A program made the translations under genes and the position numbers. DNA of 64,000 nt from Eledone cirrhosa (Eukaryota), in the NCBI GenBank assembly GCA_964016885.1, contig OZ024762.1:17236001-17300000 (forward strand). The letters run 5' to 3'. Below, piece by piece: positions 16,401-28,170 of the stretch (positions are counted from its first letter, which is position 1; each line of letters opens with the position of its first letter). Below the pieces are notes generated by a model. The model did not search any database. It worked only from the letters and a program-made list of their open reading frames with translations, and was not told the DNA's origin.

Positions 16401-16401
<1 letters not shown>
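15837..16401 (+). mobile_element. Helitron-like non-autonomous element
   Basis: 3' hairpin TGACC-GAACG-GGTCA (~16375-16389) followed by CTAGT, internal microsatellites, flanked by (TA)n. Confidence 0.45.
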
Positions 16402-16452
<51 letters not shown>

Positions 16453-16487
16453 TTGAAAATTGCAAACTTGACTGTCACCACACATTA

Positions 16488-16526
16488 TGAACCTGAAGAT
16501 TGCGAAAGCATGAAAGTACTTGTTCA
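16488..16526 (+). ncRNA. Minimal hammerhead motif
   Basis: TGAAC-CTGAAGA-TTGC GAAA GCAT-GAAA-GTAC-TT-GTTCA. Inverted degenerate copy at 17774-17812. Confidence 0.6.
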
Positions 16527-16804
16527 ATTAACACTTAACATTTAATATTCTACCATACTATTTCATTCTAATACCATTATAAATTTTAAAGGATTGTAAA
16601 TAAAACGAGTAAATCAGACAAAGTTGGAATTCCTTTTATTAATATATATATATATATTAATATATATATATATATACCAACACCTCAGTATGATTCCAGT
16701 TCCTCTGTGAAATAACAACCCAACCAGGAACTGGGCATATCAGAGTATTGACAAAGTTAAACACCTCAACAACATGTGTACTCGTCTCTACCACACTAAT
16801 TCGG

Positions 16805-16859
16805 ACTGCCTGAAGAGGTCACAGCCAAAGATGGCTGTCACCGAAATATATATAGCAGT
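16805..16859 (+). ncRNA. Minimal type-I hammerhead ribozyme (intact)
   Basis: ACTGC-CTGAAGA-GGTCACAGCCA AAGA TGGCTGTCACC-GAAA-TATATA-TA-GCAGT; all three stems pair. Confidence 0.85.
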
Positions 16860-16910
16860 AATAAACGAAGCCAAATTTTAAACATTTGACTTATTTATTT
16901 TATTTTATTT

Positions 16911-16958
<48 letters not shown>

Positions 16959-17171
16959 TAACGAGAATCGGAACTTCGGCCCACGAAATAACGAAAAACA
17001 ATCTTCGAAATGTGCGGCAAAGTGCTCAATGGTTCGGATGAACCAGAGCTATAACTAACGTTTAATACCAACACACTGAGACGATGCTTAAACAATCATT
17101 CGCACAGCCAAAAAATTCGATCAATTAATTCGGGTCAAACAAATAAAAATATATATGATATATATATATAA

Positions 17172-17616
17172 AAGCTCAACCTTTATTCTCGCCAACGTCC
17201 CCGTGAGCGCTACATTATCTGCATGATGTGGAAAATATTCTATAAGCTTTTCCCAAATCCTGTTTCTATCACATTTAATGTACACCCAAGGCTTGGGCCC
17301 CGTGCGATCCGCCCTCGACAAAAATCTCACTCGCATCTCATAACAACAATACGGCACAATTATTTCACCTCAGTTGGCCCTGCTCTCTTTAACATTACAC
17401 CAAAACACATTAAAACGGAAACAGATCCCATCAAGTTCAAGAAGTCTTTGGACAAATTCCTTAAAGAAATCCCGGATATGCCTCCGTAAACAATAACTCT
17501 CTGCTCGAGTGGGCCATGGTGCCCAAATCGTTATTTGAAAGACTTCGCCAGGTGGTGCTATTAAGTTAGACATGGCCTGGGCCAATACTGGCCGAAACCT
17601 ATCAAAGTTATCAAAG

Positions 17617-17620
<4 letters not shown>
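17172..17620 (+). mobile_element. 3' end of CR1/L2-group LINE
   Basis: KLNLYSRQRPRERYIICMMWKI...GPALFNITP...FKKSLDKFLKEIPD is a typical ORF2 C-terminus. 3' tail TATCAAAGT x2. The same motif ends the 49.7-51 kb LINE. Confidence 0.8.
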
Positions 17621-17659
<39 letters not shown>

Positions 17660-18028
17660 TAAAAGGAATTCCAACTTTGTCTGATTTACTCGTTTTATTT
17701 ACAATCCTTTAAAATAATTATAATGGTATTATAATGAAATAGTATGGTAGAATATTAAATGTTAAGTGTTAATTGAACAAGTACTTTGATGCTTTCGCAA
17801 TCTTCAGGTTCATATTCTGTGGTGACAGTCAAGTTTGCAATTTTATGGAAGTTCAGTAAAATCGAAGTTCTGACTGTGGCCAAGCTAACGATATACAATC
17901 ATGAATGTGTAGGAAAGTACTCGATAAGGTAGTGTCACCTTAGAGTAATAACATATGTTAGAGAGCTTGACAAATTGAAGACTGCCACCTGTGAGCCACC
18001 CACATGAACCAAAGCAACGAGAAAACCA

Positions 18029-18079
<51 letters not shown>

Positions 18080-18111
18080 AGATCAAAAGATGGTTAAAGG
18101 AGTTCCATGTA

Positions 18112-18178
18112 TTTTATTATGCGCATTTCAAAAACAAACATCATCATGCAATAATATTTGTGTTTTCATCAGATAAAA
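18112..18178 (-). ncRNA. Minimal hammerhead ribozyme (inverted arm)
   Basis: Reverse complement of 18298-18364. Confidence 0.8.
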
Positions 18179-18297
18179 CAGGAGAACATGATATGAAGGC
18201 TAAAAAACACTTGTGGATAGTGCAGTTTTAAATAAACATGCAGTTTTAAACTGCACTATCCACAAGTGTTTTTTAGCCTTCATATCATGTTCTCCTG

Positions 18298-18364
18298 TTT
18301 TATCTGATGAAAACACAAATATTATTGCATGATGATGTTTGTTTTTGAAATGCGCATAATAAAA
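18298..18364 (+). ncRNA. Minimal hammerhead ribozyme
   Basis: TTTTAT-CTGATGA-long stem II-GAAA-TGCGCA-TA-ATAAAA (palindrome ATGCGCAT). Confidence 0.85.
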
Positions 18365-18487
18365 TACATGGAACTCCTTTAACCATCTTTTGATCTTATA
18401 TTATGTATACTCCAGTCCTACAAACTGTAGAGTGCTTCTTATCCGATATCTGCATTGCTTTATTGTACTACAATAAAACTCACCTCC

Positions 18488-18565
<78 letters not shown>

Positions 18566-18810
18566 GAAAAATTGAACAGGGACAGAACAGAGAGGCAGTA
18601 CGATAAATGTTTATTAAATTCACGCTCAGGAGAGTGGGGGGGGGGTAGGTGGGGGACGACGTTTCGGGCATAAGCCCTTCTTCAGGTGAGAGTTCAAAAG
18701 GTGTGTAGGGGAGTGGTGGAGAGACATATAGCGAAAGGAAACGGTGCGAATGAAAAATTAACAAATAAAGACAAAAATATAATAAATAATAAATAAAAAT
18801 AAAGCATGAT

Positions 18811-18866
<56 letters not shown>

Positions 18867-19084
18867 CTGCTTCAACACATATATATATATATATATATAT
18901 GTTTAATCCGGGTTCAATCGGGGGTAACCACAGTAAGTAAGGTACTTGTTCAATTAACACTTAACATTTAATATTCTACCATACTATTTCATTCTAATAC
19001 AATTATAAATTTTAAAGGATTGTAAATAAAACGTGTAAATCAGACAAAGTTGGAATTCCTTTTATATATATGTATATATATATG

Positions 19085-19155
<71 letters not shown>

Positions 19156-19458
19156 CGAAGATAATACGTCAGCAATGACGTATTGGTCATAATGTCGTTA
19201 TGCAGACAGCCAGACATACAGACATATATTATAAGGGCTCGGCGGAGATCGATAACCGGCGCCTAACACCCCTTTAACAACAGAAAATTGAAAAATAAAA
19301 GCTGCAGTTAATATCTTTAGACCGCAAGGAATATATAAATGCAAGTTTGAAGTCAATCGGAGTAGAAATGTGGATTTGTATAGACTTTGCAAAAATGAGG
19401 ACACACACAGACAACTACAGTTTTATATATATATGTATAGATATATATATACAGCTAC

Positions 19459-19488
<30 letters not shown>

Positions 19489-19489
<1 letters not shown>

Positions 19490-19912
19490 AGTAGAAGGGG
19501 TATTTAATTTGTTGCAAGTCCGATAAATATAAATGTTTATAACTGATTTAGAGCACTCAACAAGTTACTGGAGTAAATATTCAATGATATTTGGAAACTA
19601 TATTTATAAAACCATATTTATTTTATTATATATATTTCAAGGGTTCCAAGACAACATTGGTACGCTTTCATCAGATAAAATACAAAGTTTGTTTTATAAA
19701 TAGAGACATACCCATGAAAATCATACCTTATCGGTTGGAAATTCACTGGATAGTGATAGAACTATCCAGTGAATTTCCAACCAGTATTTATAAAACACAC
19801 TTTGTACTTTATCTGATGAAAGCGTACCAATGTTGTCTTGGTACTCTTGAAATATATATAATAAAATAAATATGGTTTTATAAATATAGTTTCCATTTAT
19901 TTAATATCATTT
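19489..19912 (-). mobile_element. Fold-back family A element with hammerheads on both arms
   Basis: Hammerheads at 19622-19679 (-) and 19808-19865 (+): TTTAT-CTGATGA-AAGCGTACCAA..TTGGTACTCTT-GAAA-TATATA-TA-ATAAA. Tail on the left. Confidence 0.8.
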
Positions 19913-19928
19913 TATATATATATATATT

Positions 19929-20332
19929 TCACTCACTCACTCGCTCATAAGTCGACATTCCTTGATCCAATAAACAATGTTCTTTCCATTTGTCTCGGTC
20001 TAGCATTATTACTCCAAGATCCGTTAAATTTCCTCCTATGTCAGCATATACCATATCCAGATACATTGTTGCAGGACGACCTCTAATTCCATGATCTGAA
20101 TCATGGACGCTTAATAAAACCTTTGGAAAAAAAAAAAGACTAAATGGATGGTACACGAGCTCCTTTTAACATAGCTTGGCGACAGGGAGTCACAAATGGA
20201 GAAATCTATCTGGATAGTACTCCCACGTTGGATATTGTTTGTCTAAGAAGGATATGTTTTGTGGGACATTGTTACAGGGAAAAAGACGAGTGTGTCAGCC
20301 ATTTTCTTTTATGGAAGCCTGCTTACAGTCAT
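19929..20332. mobile_element. Second RTE-like family, 5'-inverted insertion
   Basis: Minus: GRPATMYLD..DRDKWK with (TGAG)n 3' tail. Plus: RRICFVGHCYR..LLWKP. Flanked by (TA)n. Confidence 0.7.
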
Positions 20333-20720
20333 ATATATATATATATATGACTGTAAGCATCTTGGAGCAAAACCCGTTGATAACACGACTTCCTTGTTCA
20401 TCATCTCACCAGAAGCCCAACATTCTTTATGTAGGCGGACAGTACATGATTTTGGAGTCGCAGAAACCAATACTGGATTTTACCATCAGTCCAGGGTCCG
20501 GGAAAGTATCAACACATATATTTTTTATTGTTTGACCCGAATTACTTGGTCGTTTTGTTTTGGCTGTGCGGATGATATGTTTAATCATCATCTCAGTGTG
20601 TTTGGCCCTTAACGTATGTTGTAGCTCTGATTCATATGATTCATCGAGCGCTTGCCACACAAATCGGACGTTGATTTTCGTTAATTCCTGAGCTGAAAAC
20701 GATTCTCGCTAATTTATATT

Positions 20721-20768
<48 letters not shown>

Positions 20769-21157
20769 ATAGCTATAAATTAATGTTTTGTCTCTGGTCT
20801 CTTATTCCACTGGACAGTGTTTGGTTTATGTCAGACGCTGAGACCCCGGATTGAACAGCAGTACTGTTTATAGGGGTCGAACCTACCTAAGTCCACCTCA
20901 ACGGCCGATGACCATGAAGTTCTGTGTCCTTCGTTTGTATTTTTATTTTTAAAAATAATTTTTTAAGGTTTCCCTTTAAAAAAAAACAAAAAAACAAAAG
21001 GGAATATTTGTAAAATGATCTTTTATTATTTTTATTATTTTTATTGATTTTATTGATTTTATTGGTGTTATTGGTATTATTGGTATTATTGGTGTTATTA
21101 TTCTGAAATAAATATTTGATTATCATAGAATATATATATATATTATATATATATATA

Positions 21158-21905
21158 TGGCAAATATATATATATATATATATATATATAGCAAATATAA
21201 CTGGGTATATATATATATATATATGGCAAATATAACTGGGTATATATATATATATATATGGCAAATATAACTGGGTATATATATATATATATGGCAAATA
21301 TAACTGGGTATATATATATATATATGGCAAATATAACTGGGTATATATATATATATATGGCAAATATAACTGGGTATATATATATATATATATGGCAAAT
21401 ATAACTGGGTATATATATATATATATATGGCAAATATAACTGGGTATATATATATATATATGGCAAATATAACTGGGTATATATATATATATATATGGCA
21501 AATATAACTGGGTATATATATATATATATATGGCAAATATAACTGGGTATATATATATATATATATGGCAAATATAACTGGGTATATATATATATATATG
21601 GCAAATATAACTGGGTATATATATATATATATATGGCAAATATAACTGGGTATATATATATATATATGGCAAATATAACTGGGTATATATATATATATAT
21701 ATGGCAAATATAACTGGGTATATATATATATATATATGGCAAATATAACTGGGTATATATATATATATATATGGCAAATATAACTGGGTATATATATATA
21801 TTTATATGGCAAATATAACTGGGTATATATATATATATATATGGCAAATATAACTGGGTATATATATATATATATATGGCAAATATAACTGGGTATATAT
21901 ATATA
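21158..21905. repeat. Tandem GGCAAATATAACTGGG-(TA)n minisatellite
   Basis: About 20 near-identical 16-bp cores separated by TA tracts of variable length. Confidence 0.95.
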
Positions 21906-21994
21906 TTTATAAGAAGATGGACAATTTGAACTGGGACTGTAGAAAGATGGAATTAAGATTAGAAGACCTACCAATATTTCTACCAATCTCTCTT

Positions 21995-22610
21995 AATAAT
22001 TGTTTATACTTTTGGCACAAGGCCAGCAATTATCCTAGTGTATTACTGGTACTTTATTTTATCGACCCCCATTAGGATGAAAGGCAAAGCTAACCTCGGC
22101 GGGATTTGAACTGCCTATCTTAATAATGGCTTCTGGTTTAGACACAAGGTCAACAATTTGGAGGGGAGGGGAAAGTCGATAAAATTGCTCTCCGTGTATT
22201 ACTGGTACTTTACAGATATTGTCAATCCACTTCCCTCTATTTCAATAAGGATTTCTACTATAGGCACAAGGCCAGCAATTTTGGAGGAGGGGAAAGTCGA
22301 TTAAATCGACCCCAGTGTATTACTGGTACTTTATTTTATCGACCCCGTAAAAATGAAACGGGATTTGAACTCAGAACGTAAAGGGTCGTAACTCTATGCC
22401 GCTTAGCATGTTGTCCGACGCTCTACCGATTCTGCCAATCCACCGCTCTAATAATAAATGTTTCTACTTTTGGCACAAGGCCAGCAATTATCCCAGTGCA
22501 TGACTGGTACTTTATTTTTTATCGACCCTGTAAGGATGAAAGGCAAAGCTAACCTCAACGGGATTTGAATTCAGAATGTAAAGGGGCGTAACTCTATGCC
22601 AATCCACCGC
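21995..22610 (-). mobile_element. Cluster of SINE family 1 copies
   Basis: Repeated GGCACAAGGCCAGCAATT..ACTGGTACTTTATTTTATCGACCCC..GGATTTGAACTC; tRNA-like head at ~22360-22446. Confidence 0.85.
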
Positions 22611-23068
22611 CTTTCTTCTACTAATATAATACGAGGGTTGGCTGAAAGGTTCCTAAATGGTTTCTAATTTAGGAGTAAATCTAATGTATGTTTTATTTAT
22701 TATTACTGCTTGTACCCCTTGTAAGGTGGTCCCTAATATTTACTGCCATAAAAAAAGGGTTTTATTTGAAATCATTATACAAAAAAAAAAAAAAAATTGA
22801 AGCCAACAAAAAAACAACTACAAAAAAATTAACAAAATAAATGAGAAGTAAATTTAAATTAAAATAAAAAAAACTAATACATTCATCTCGGAAAGAGAAG
22901 ACATTATTTTTAGTCACTTCCGGGGCCAACAATCACTTCCGGGATCAGCAATCACTTCCTGCCAAGACATATATCATACTTCACCTGGGTTCGTCAATTA
23001 TTCCTTATTGATTCATTTGTAAGTAAAAACTGTTTTATTTTATGATATATATATATACATATACATAC

Positions 23069-23099
<31 letters not shown>

Positions 23100-23253
23100 T
23101 ATATATAAACAATGAGTTATATAGTTTGTTGATTATTATTCAACAAAGTTATTTTTATAACAGATTTGAAGCACTCTACAGGATTTATCTGGAGTATCAT
23201 TAATATCAACAATATTAATAAATGGAAAATATCATTTATAATACCATATTTAT

Positions 23254-23307
23254 TTTATTATATGTATTTCAAGGAGACAAAGTTTTTGTGTGCTTTCATC
23301 AGATAAA
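23254..23307 (-). ncRNA. Minimal hammerhead motif (family A)
   Basis: Minus: TTTAT-CTGATGA-AAG..CTT-GAAA-TACATA-TA-ATAAA. Confidence 0.7.
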
Positions 23308-23537
23308 ATATAATATTTGGTGTTAAGATATTGACATATCTTAGCGTAGACTTAATAGTATAAGCTCGCTATTGATATACAGCGTATCTAGGGCCCCTTT
23401 TTAAACCCTGGCGGAGCCTATCTCCTCTCCAGGTCTGAATATAGCTGATTCCTTCCAAAGAACAACAGAAAGCGATAGAACGGAAGTGAGAATGTGAAAT
23501 GCCCAGCCAAATATATAGAGGTTATAAGTATGTATAC

Positions 23538-23591
<54 letters not shown>

Positions 23592-24048
23592 ACAGACGTA
23601 CAGTAGTATGTATATATATACATACATACATGCACACATATATATATGTACGTATGGGTTTACCGAACATTTATTATAATGTTCGGTTTGTTTGTAAACA
23701 AACATAATAAATGTTCGGTAAACCCATACGTACATATATATATGTGTGCATGTATGTATATACATACTACTGTACGTCTGTATACAAATATATATATGTG
23801 TGCATGTATGTATGTATATACATACTACTGTACGTCTGTATACATATATATATATATATATGTACGTATACATTCTTATATTTAAGTATCAGCCGTACTA
23901 AGAGTGAGAAATGAAATTTCATTTTTTCCATTTATATAGAGGTTGTCCTCCCCAAAAATGTATTCACACTTTGCCTGTATAGGCAATATTTATTAGAATG
24001 CTGTTGAAGTATGTATTCATTTTTTTTTTTTTGGGGGGGGGGGGTACC

Positions 24049-24091
<43 letters not shown>

Positions 24092-24253
24092 TATTTATGC
24101 ATGATGTCATCATTTCTTAGGCTTTCAAATCTATCTTGTATCAAACGAAATGATCGGATCTCTGAAAATGAAAACACAGATGATGATGAGGGAAACAAGA
24201 ATACAACAACAAAAAAAAAGGCAGTGATTTAATGACGGCATGCGAATAGATGG

Positions 24254-24500
24254 AGGAGGGTCGTAGCTTAGTGGTAAGGGTGTTGGACTTACGATCATAA
24301 TGTCGTGGGTTCGATTCCTGGGCTGGGTTGTGTGTTGTGTTCTTGAGCAAGACACTTCATTTCACGTTGCTCCAGTATACTCAGCTGTAAATGAGTACCA
24401 GCAATGGTGGACTGGTGTCCTCTCCAGGAGGAGGGGGGTAGTGTAGCCTAGTGGTAAGGGTGTTGCATTTACGATCATAATGTCATGGGTTCGATTCCTT
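24254..24500 (+). mobile_element. tRNA-derived SINE (family 2), two heads
   Basis: A-box TAGCTTAGTGG, B-box GGTTCGATTCC, core TTCTTGAGCAAGACACTT..TTGCTCCAG. Confidence 0.8.
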
Positions 24501-24545
<45 letters not shown>

Positions 24546-24662
24546 TATATATATATATATATATTATATATATATATATATATATATTAGAATTGTACAT
24601 CCATATATATATATATATATTATATATATATATATTATATATATATATATTATATATATTAT

Positions 24663-24709
<47 letters not shown>

Positions 24710-24774
24710 AAGAGATGGAGAGAGTTTAAAAAACACAAAATCACAAAACTTTAGTTTTATGCTAGTATATATAT

Positions 24775-25390
24775 AATTGTTTCTACTTTTGGCACAAGGC
24801 CAGCAAATTCCCCAGTACATTACTGGTACTTTATTTTATCGACCCCGTAAGGATGAACGGCAAAGTTAACCTCGGCGGGATTTGAACTCAGTCCGTAAAG
24901 GGACGTAACTGTGTTGCAAAGCATGGCACCGACCCTCTACCGATTGTGCGTAGGTTCTGACAATGAATTTTCCAGGTGTACGAACAACGGAACAGTTTGC
25001 TCGTGAAATTAACATGCAAGTGCCTGAGCGTTCGACAGACACGTGTACTCTTAATATAGTTCTCAGGGAGATTCAGCAGCATGACACACACAGTGTGTAA
25101 TAAGGCTGTCCCCCCTTTGAATTACAGTTACAACTCAACTCATCTTTGTTAGCTGAGTGGAATGGAGGAGCAACGTGAAAATAAAGTGTCTTGCTCAAGG
25201 ACACAGTGGACTGGAGCAACGTGAATATAAAGTGTTTTGCTCAAGGACACAGTGGACTGGAGCAACGTGAAAATAAAGTGTCTTGATCAAGGACACAAGG
25301 CACCACAACCGGTCCCTGGTATCGAACTCACGAGCTTTAGAATCGTTTGTCGAAGACCTCCCTAGCCTAACCACTAAGCCACATACCTTC
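24775..25390 (-). mobile_element. SINE family 1 fragment plus near full-length SINE family 2
   Basis: Family 1 at 24775-24950. Family 2 head at ~25310-25390 with a triplicated GGAGCAACGTGAA core; its tail matches ~6070-6230. Confidence 0.75.
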
Positions 25391-25544
25391 ATCGATTACC
25401 TAGCTTTGTGTTGTATTGTTGTTTAGCATAGTATAGTTGTATTATTGATTTACTAACTATATAAATAGAGAATCTATTCAGTAATATAGAGAAAGAGAAC
25501 AACGTCAAAATATCAAAAGTGTGACTAACAAAACTCTGATGATT

Positions 25545-25935
25545 AATACGATGAGTTGTTCCTTGTCCTTAATCAAAATATTTGAGGCTGTGAATTGGCA
25601 GACGACATCGCTACAAACCTGAAATAGCTTAGAAAGCTTTACAGTATTAATACCACGAGTTGTTACTTGTCCTTAATCAAAATATTTGAGGCTTTGAATT
25701 GGCAGACGACATCGCTACAAACCTGAGATAGCCTAGAAAGCTTTACTGTATTAATACGATGGGTTGTTCCTTGGAATATGTGAGGCTATGAATTGGCAGA
25801 CGACATCGCTACAGACGTAAGATAGACTAGGAAGCTTTACAATATTAATACCATGAGCTGTTCCATGGAATATTTGAGGCTATGAATTGGCAGACGACAT
25901 CGCTACAAACCTGAGATAGACTAGAAGGATTTACG
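25545..25935. repeat. Four tandem ~95-105 bp units (GAATTGGCAGACGACATCGCTACA)
   Basis: Direct repeats; the core resembles a SINE family 1 5' head. Confidence 0.8.
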
Positions 25936-25936
25936 G

Positions 25937-26496
25937 CAGTGGTCCCCAACCTTTTGTGTACCAAGCCCCACCACAACATCTAAAAGATTATGTCCCGCCA
26001 CCTTTTGATACGGAAATAGCAATGATCAACAGCAAAGTGTAAATAAATTGGTGTAGATGGTGCCAGGTGTACAATATGTGGTGGAGGTGAGGCAGGAGTT
26101 TCTGACAGTAATGTCTACCAAAGTTACATTGGTATAGGTGGTGTCAGATGTACAATAACATGTGGAGGAGGTGAGGCACGAGTTTCTGAATGTAATGTGT
26201 ACCAAGGTAAATTTGGTACACATTACTGTCAGAAACTCCTGTCCCACCTCAACACATGTTATTGTACATCTGGTACCACCTACACCAAGGTAACTTTGGT
26301 ATACATTGCTGTCAGAAACTTCTGTTTCACCTCCACAACACATGTTATTGTACATCTGGCACCACCTACACCAATTTGTTTACACTTTACAGTTGATCAT
26401 TGCTGTTTTCATTAAACATTTTTGGGGGGACGGGGACCATAACAATTTTTGAAATGTTGAGGTGGGGCATGGCGCACAAAAGGTTGAGAACCACTG
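25937..26496. mobile_element. hAT-like MITE with internal palindrome
   Basis: TIRs CAGTGGTCCCCAACCTTTTGTG / CACAAAAGGTTGAGAACCACTG; internal inverted subrepeats ~26020-26405; no clear TSD. Confidence 0.7.
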
Positions 26497-26574
26497 CTTC
26501 GGGGCTTTCGTTCTGCTCTCTGCCTTCTCTGAGTTCGAATCACGCCCGCCCGAGGCAAACTTTGTCGTTCTTCA

Positions 26575-26763
26575 GATCTGTCAACTCTCCCCGCCCGACA
26601 GGGACATCTCCCACCCACTTTCAGGTGGGTGAGATATGTCTTCTCTTGTGAAAATGGGCATAGCTTTCATTATGTAAAATCTCTCCATTTTGCCTCATTT
26701 CTCCCCGTTTTGAGGCACTTTTCTTTTTATGATACTCCCCGTTTGGGTTTTTAGAGGTTGGCA

Positions 26764-26820
<57 letters not shown>

Positions 26821-26994
26821 GAGGGCAATCCCAAAAGTAAGGTCTCCTTCCGATATTGCAACTTTTCCGTTAAAATCCTGTGGATGGAGCTTCGGGAAAC
26901 CTCAGGAACCAAAATGCAGAGAGCATCCAGAGGGATCCGCCAATCTTTACGCATGTTTTCCTCGGAAGGAGACCTTACTTTTGGGATTGCCCTC

Positions 26995-27040
<46 letters not shown>

Positions 27041-27133
27041 CAGACCTGTCAACTCTCCCCGTCCGATGGGGAGATCTCCCACCCACTTTTTTTCATGGTA
27101 CTCCCCGTTTCGGATTTTAGAGGTTGACAGATC
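26575..27133. mobile_element. Two MITE copies (CTGTCAAC..GTTG(G/A)CAG termini) flanking a (TA)n/mariner insert
   Basis: Copies at 26575-26765 and 27041-27133; third copy at 59507-59712. Confidence 0.6.
26820..26995 (-). mobile_element. Internally deleted mariner element
   Basis: Perfect 34-bp TIRs CGAGGGCAATCCCAAAAGTAAGGTCTCCTTCCGA, TA flanks, residual transposase-like peptide VSRSSIHRILTEKLQYRK on minus. Confidence 0.85.
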
Positions 27134-27714
27134 TAGTTCTTTCATCTTTTCGAAGTCGATGAAAAAAAAAGAAGAAAAGTACCAGTCTTGTACCCGGGAT
27201 CGATTCTTCTTCTACATCTCTTTCTCACTTCCTCTCCATCACTCACTCTCTCTCTCTCTCTCCCTCTCTCTCTCTCCCTCTCGCCCTCTCTCTCAGACGT
27301 GGGGAGGAGATGTGTTCCACCAGAACTTATACTTTAATGTATGGGACGTATTTTTCATCTATCTCCTTATTCCCTAAACGTTAATTTAGGGGTCAGGAAT
27401 ATACAACAATACTAACAACAACAACAGCAACATTAACAACAGTAACAACTACAAAAACTACAGCAACATTAACAACAACAACAGCAACAACAATAGTAAT
27501 AACAACAATAACACACAAAAACTATATTAACAACAGCAATAACAACATCAACAACATCAACAACAACTGCAAATACATTAATAAGGATTTCTACTATACG
27601 CACCAGGCCAGCAATTTGTGGGTGAGGAGGGGCAAAGTCGATTATATGACCCCAGTGCATTACTGGTACTTTATTTTATCGACGACACCGTAAGGATGAA
27701 AGGCAAAGCTAAAA

Positions 27715-28170
27715 TATATCTTAACATCCTGTAATGATTTAGCAGAAATTATCTAAAACTAGATTTGTTAATTCAAATATTTATATCTTTACTAGTGGAC
27801 AGATTGTTGTGAAAATATGTAGTAATATCTCTTAAGATCCTGTAATGATTTAGCAGGAAATATCTAAAATCTAGGTTTGTTAGTTCAAATGTTTCTAGTA
27901 TCTTTACTAATGGACAGATTGTTGTGAAAATATGTAGTTTTATCTCTTAAGATCCTGTAATGATTTAGCAGAAAATATTTAAAATCTAGGTCTGTTAATT
28001 GAAATGTTTATAGCATCTTTACTTGTGGACAGATTGCTGTGAAAATATGTAGTTTTATCTCTTAACATCCTGTAATGACTTAGCAGGAAATATCTAAAAT
28101 CTAGGTCTGTTAATTGAAATGTTTATAGCATCTTTACTGGTGGACAGATTGTTGTGAAAATATGTAGTAT
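27715..28170. repeat. ~120-bp tandem repeat, 4 copies
   Basis: TCTTAA(C/G)ATCCTGTAATGA..TGGACAGATTG(T/C)TGTGAAAATATGTAG repeated. Confidence 0.9.

Larger units (their letters stand above)
18073..18490 (+). mobile_element. Near-perfect fold-back Penelope-like element with two hammerheads
   Basis: ~160-bp inverted arms (18073-18232 / 18245-18403), a tail to ~18490, (TA)n on both sides. Confidence 0.8.

Noticed and set aside
20833-20895. Hammerhead-like CTGA-GACCCC..GGGGTC-GAAC hairpin
   Set aside because: Core incomplete and no convincing stem I or III. The motifs at ~5212-5245 and 40577-40610 are also too decayed to call.
21158-21905. CRISPR-like repeat-spacer look
   Set aside because: Spacers are only (TA)n, the context is eukaryotic and there are no cas genes.
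24254-24325. tRNA gene
   Set aside because: A/B boxes run into a repeated SINE body and the cloverleaf is incomplete; the same applies to 45110-45180 and 22370-22446.
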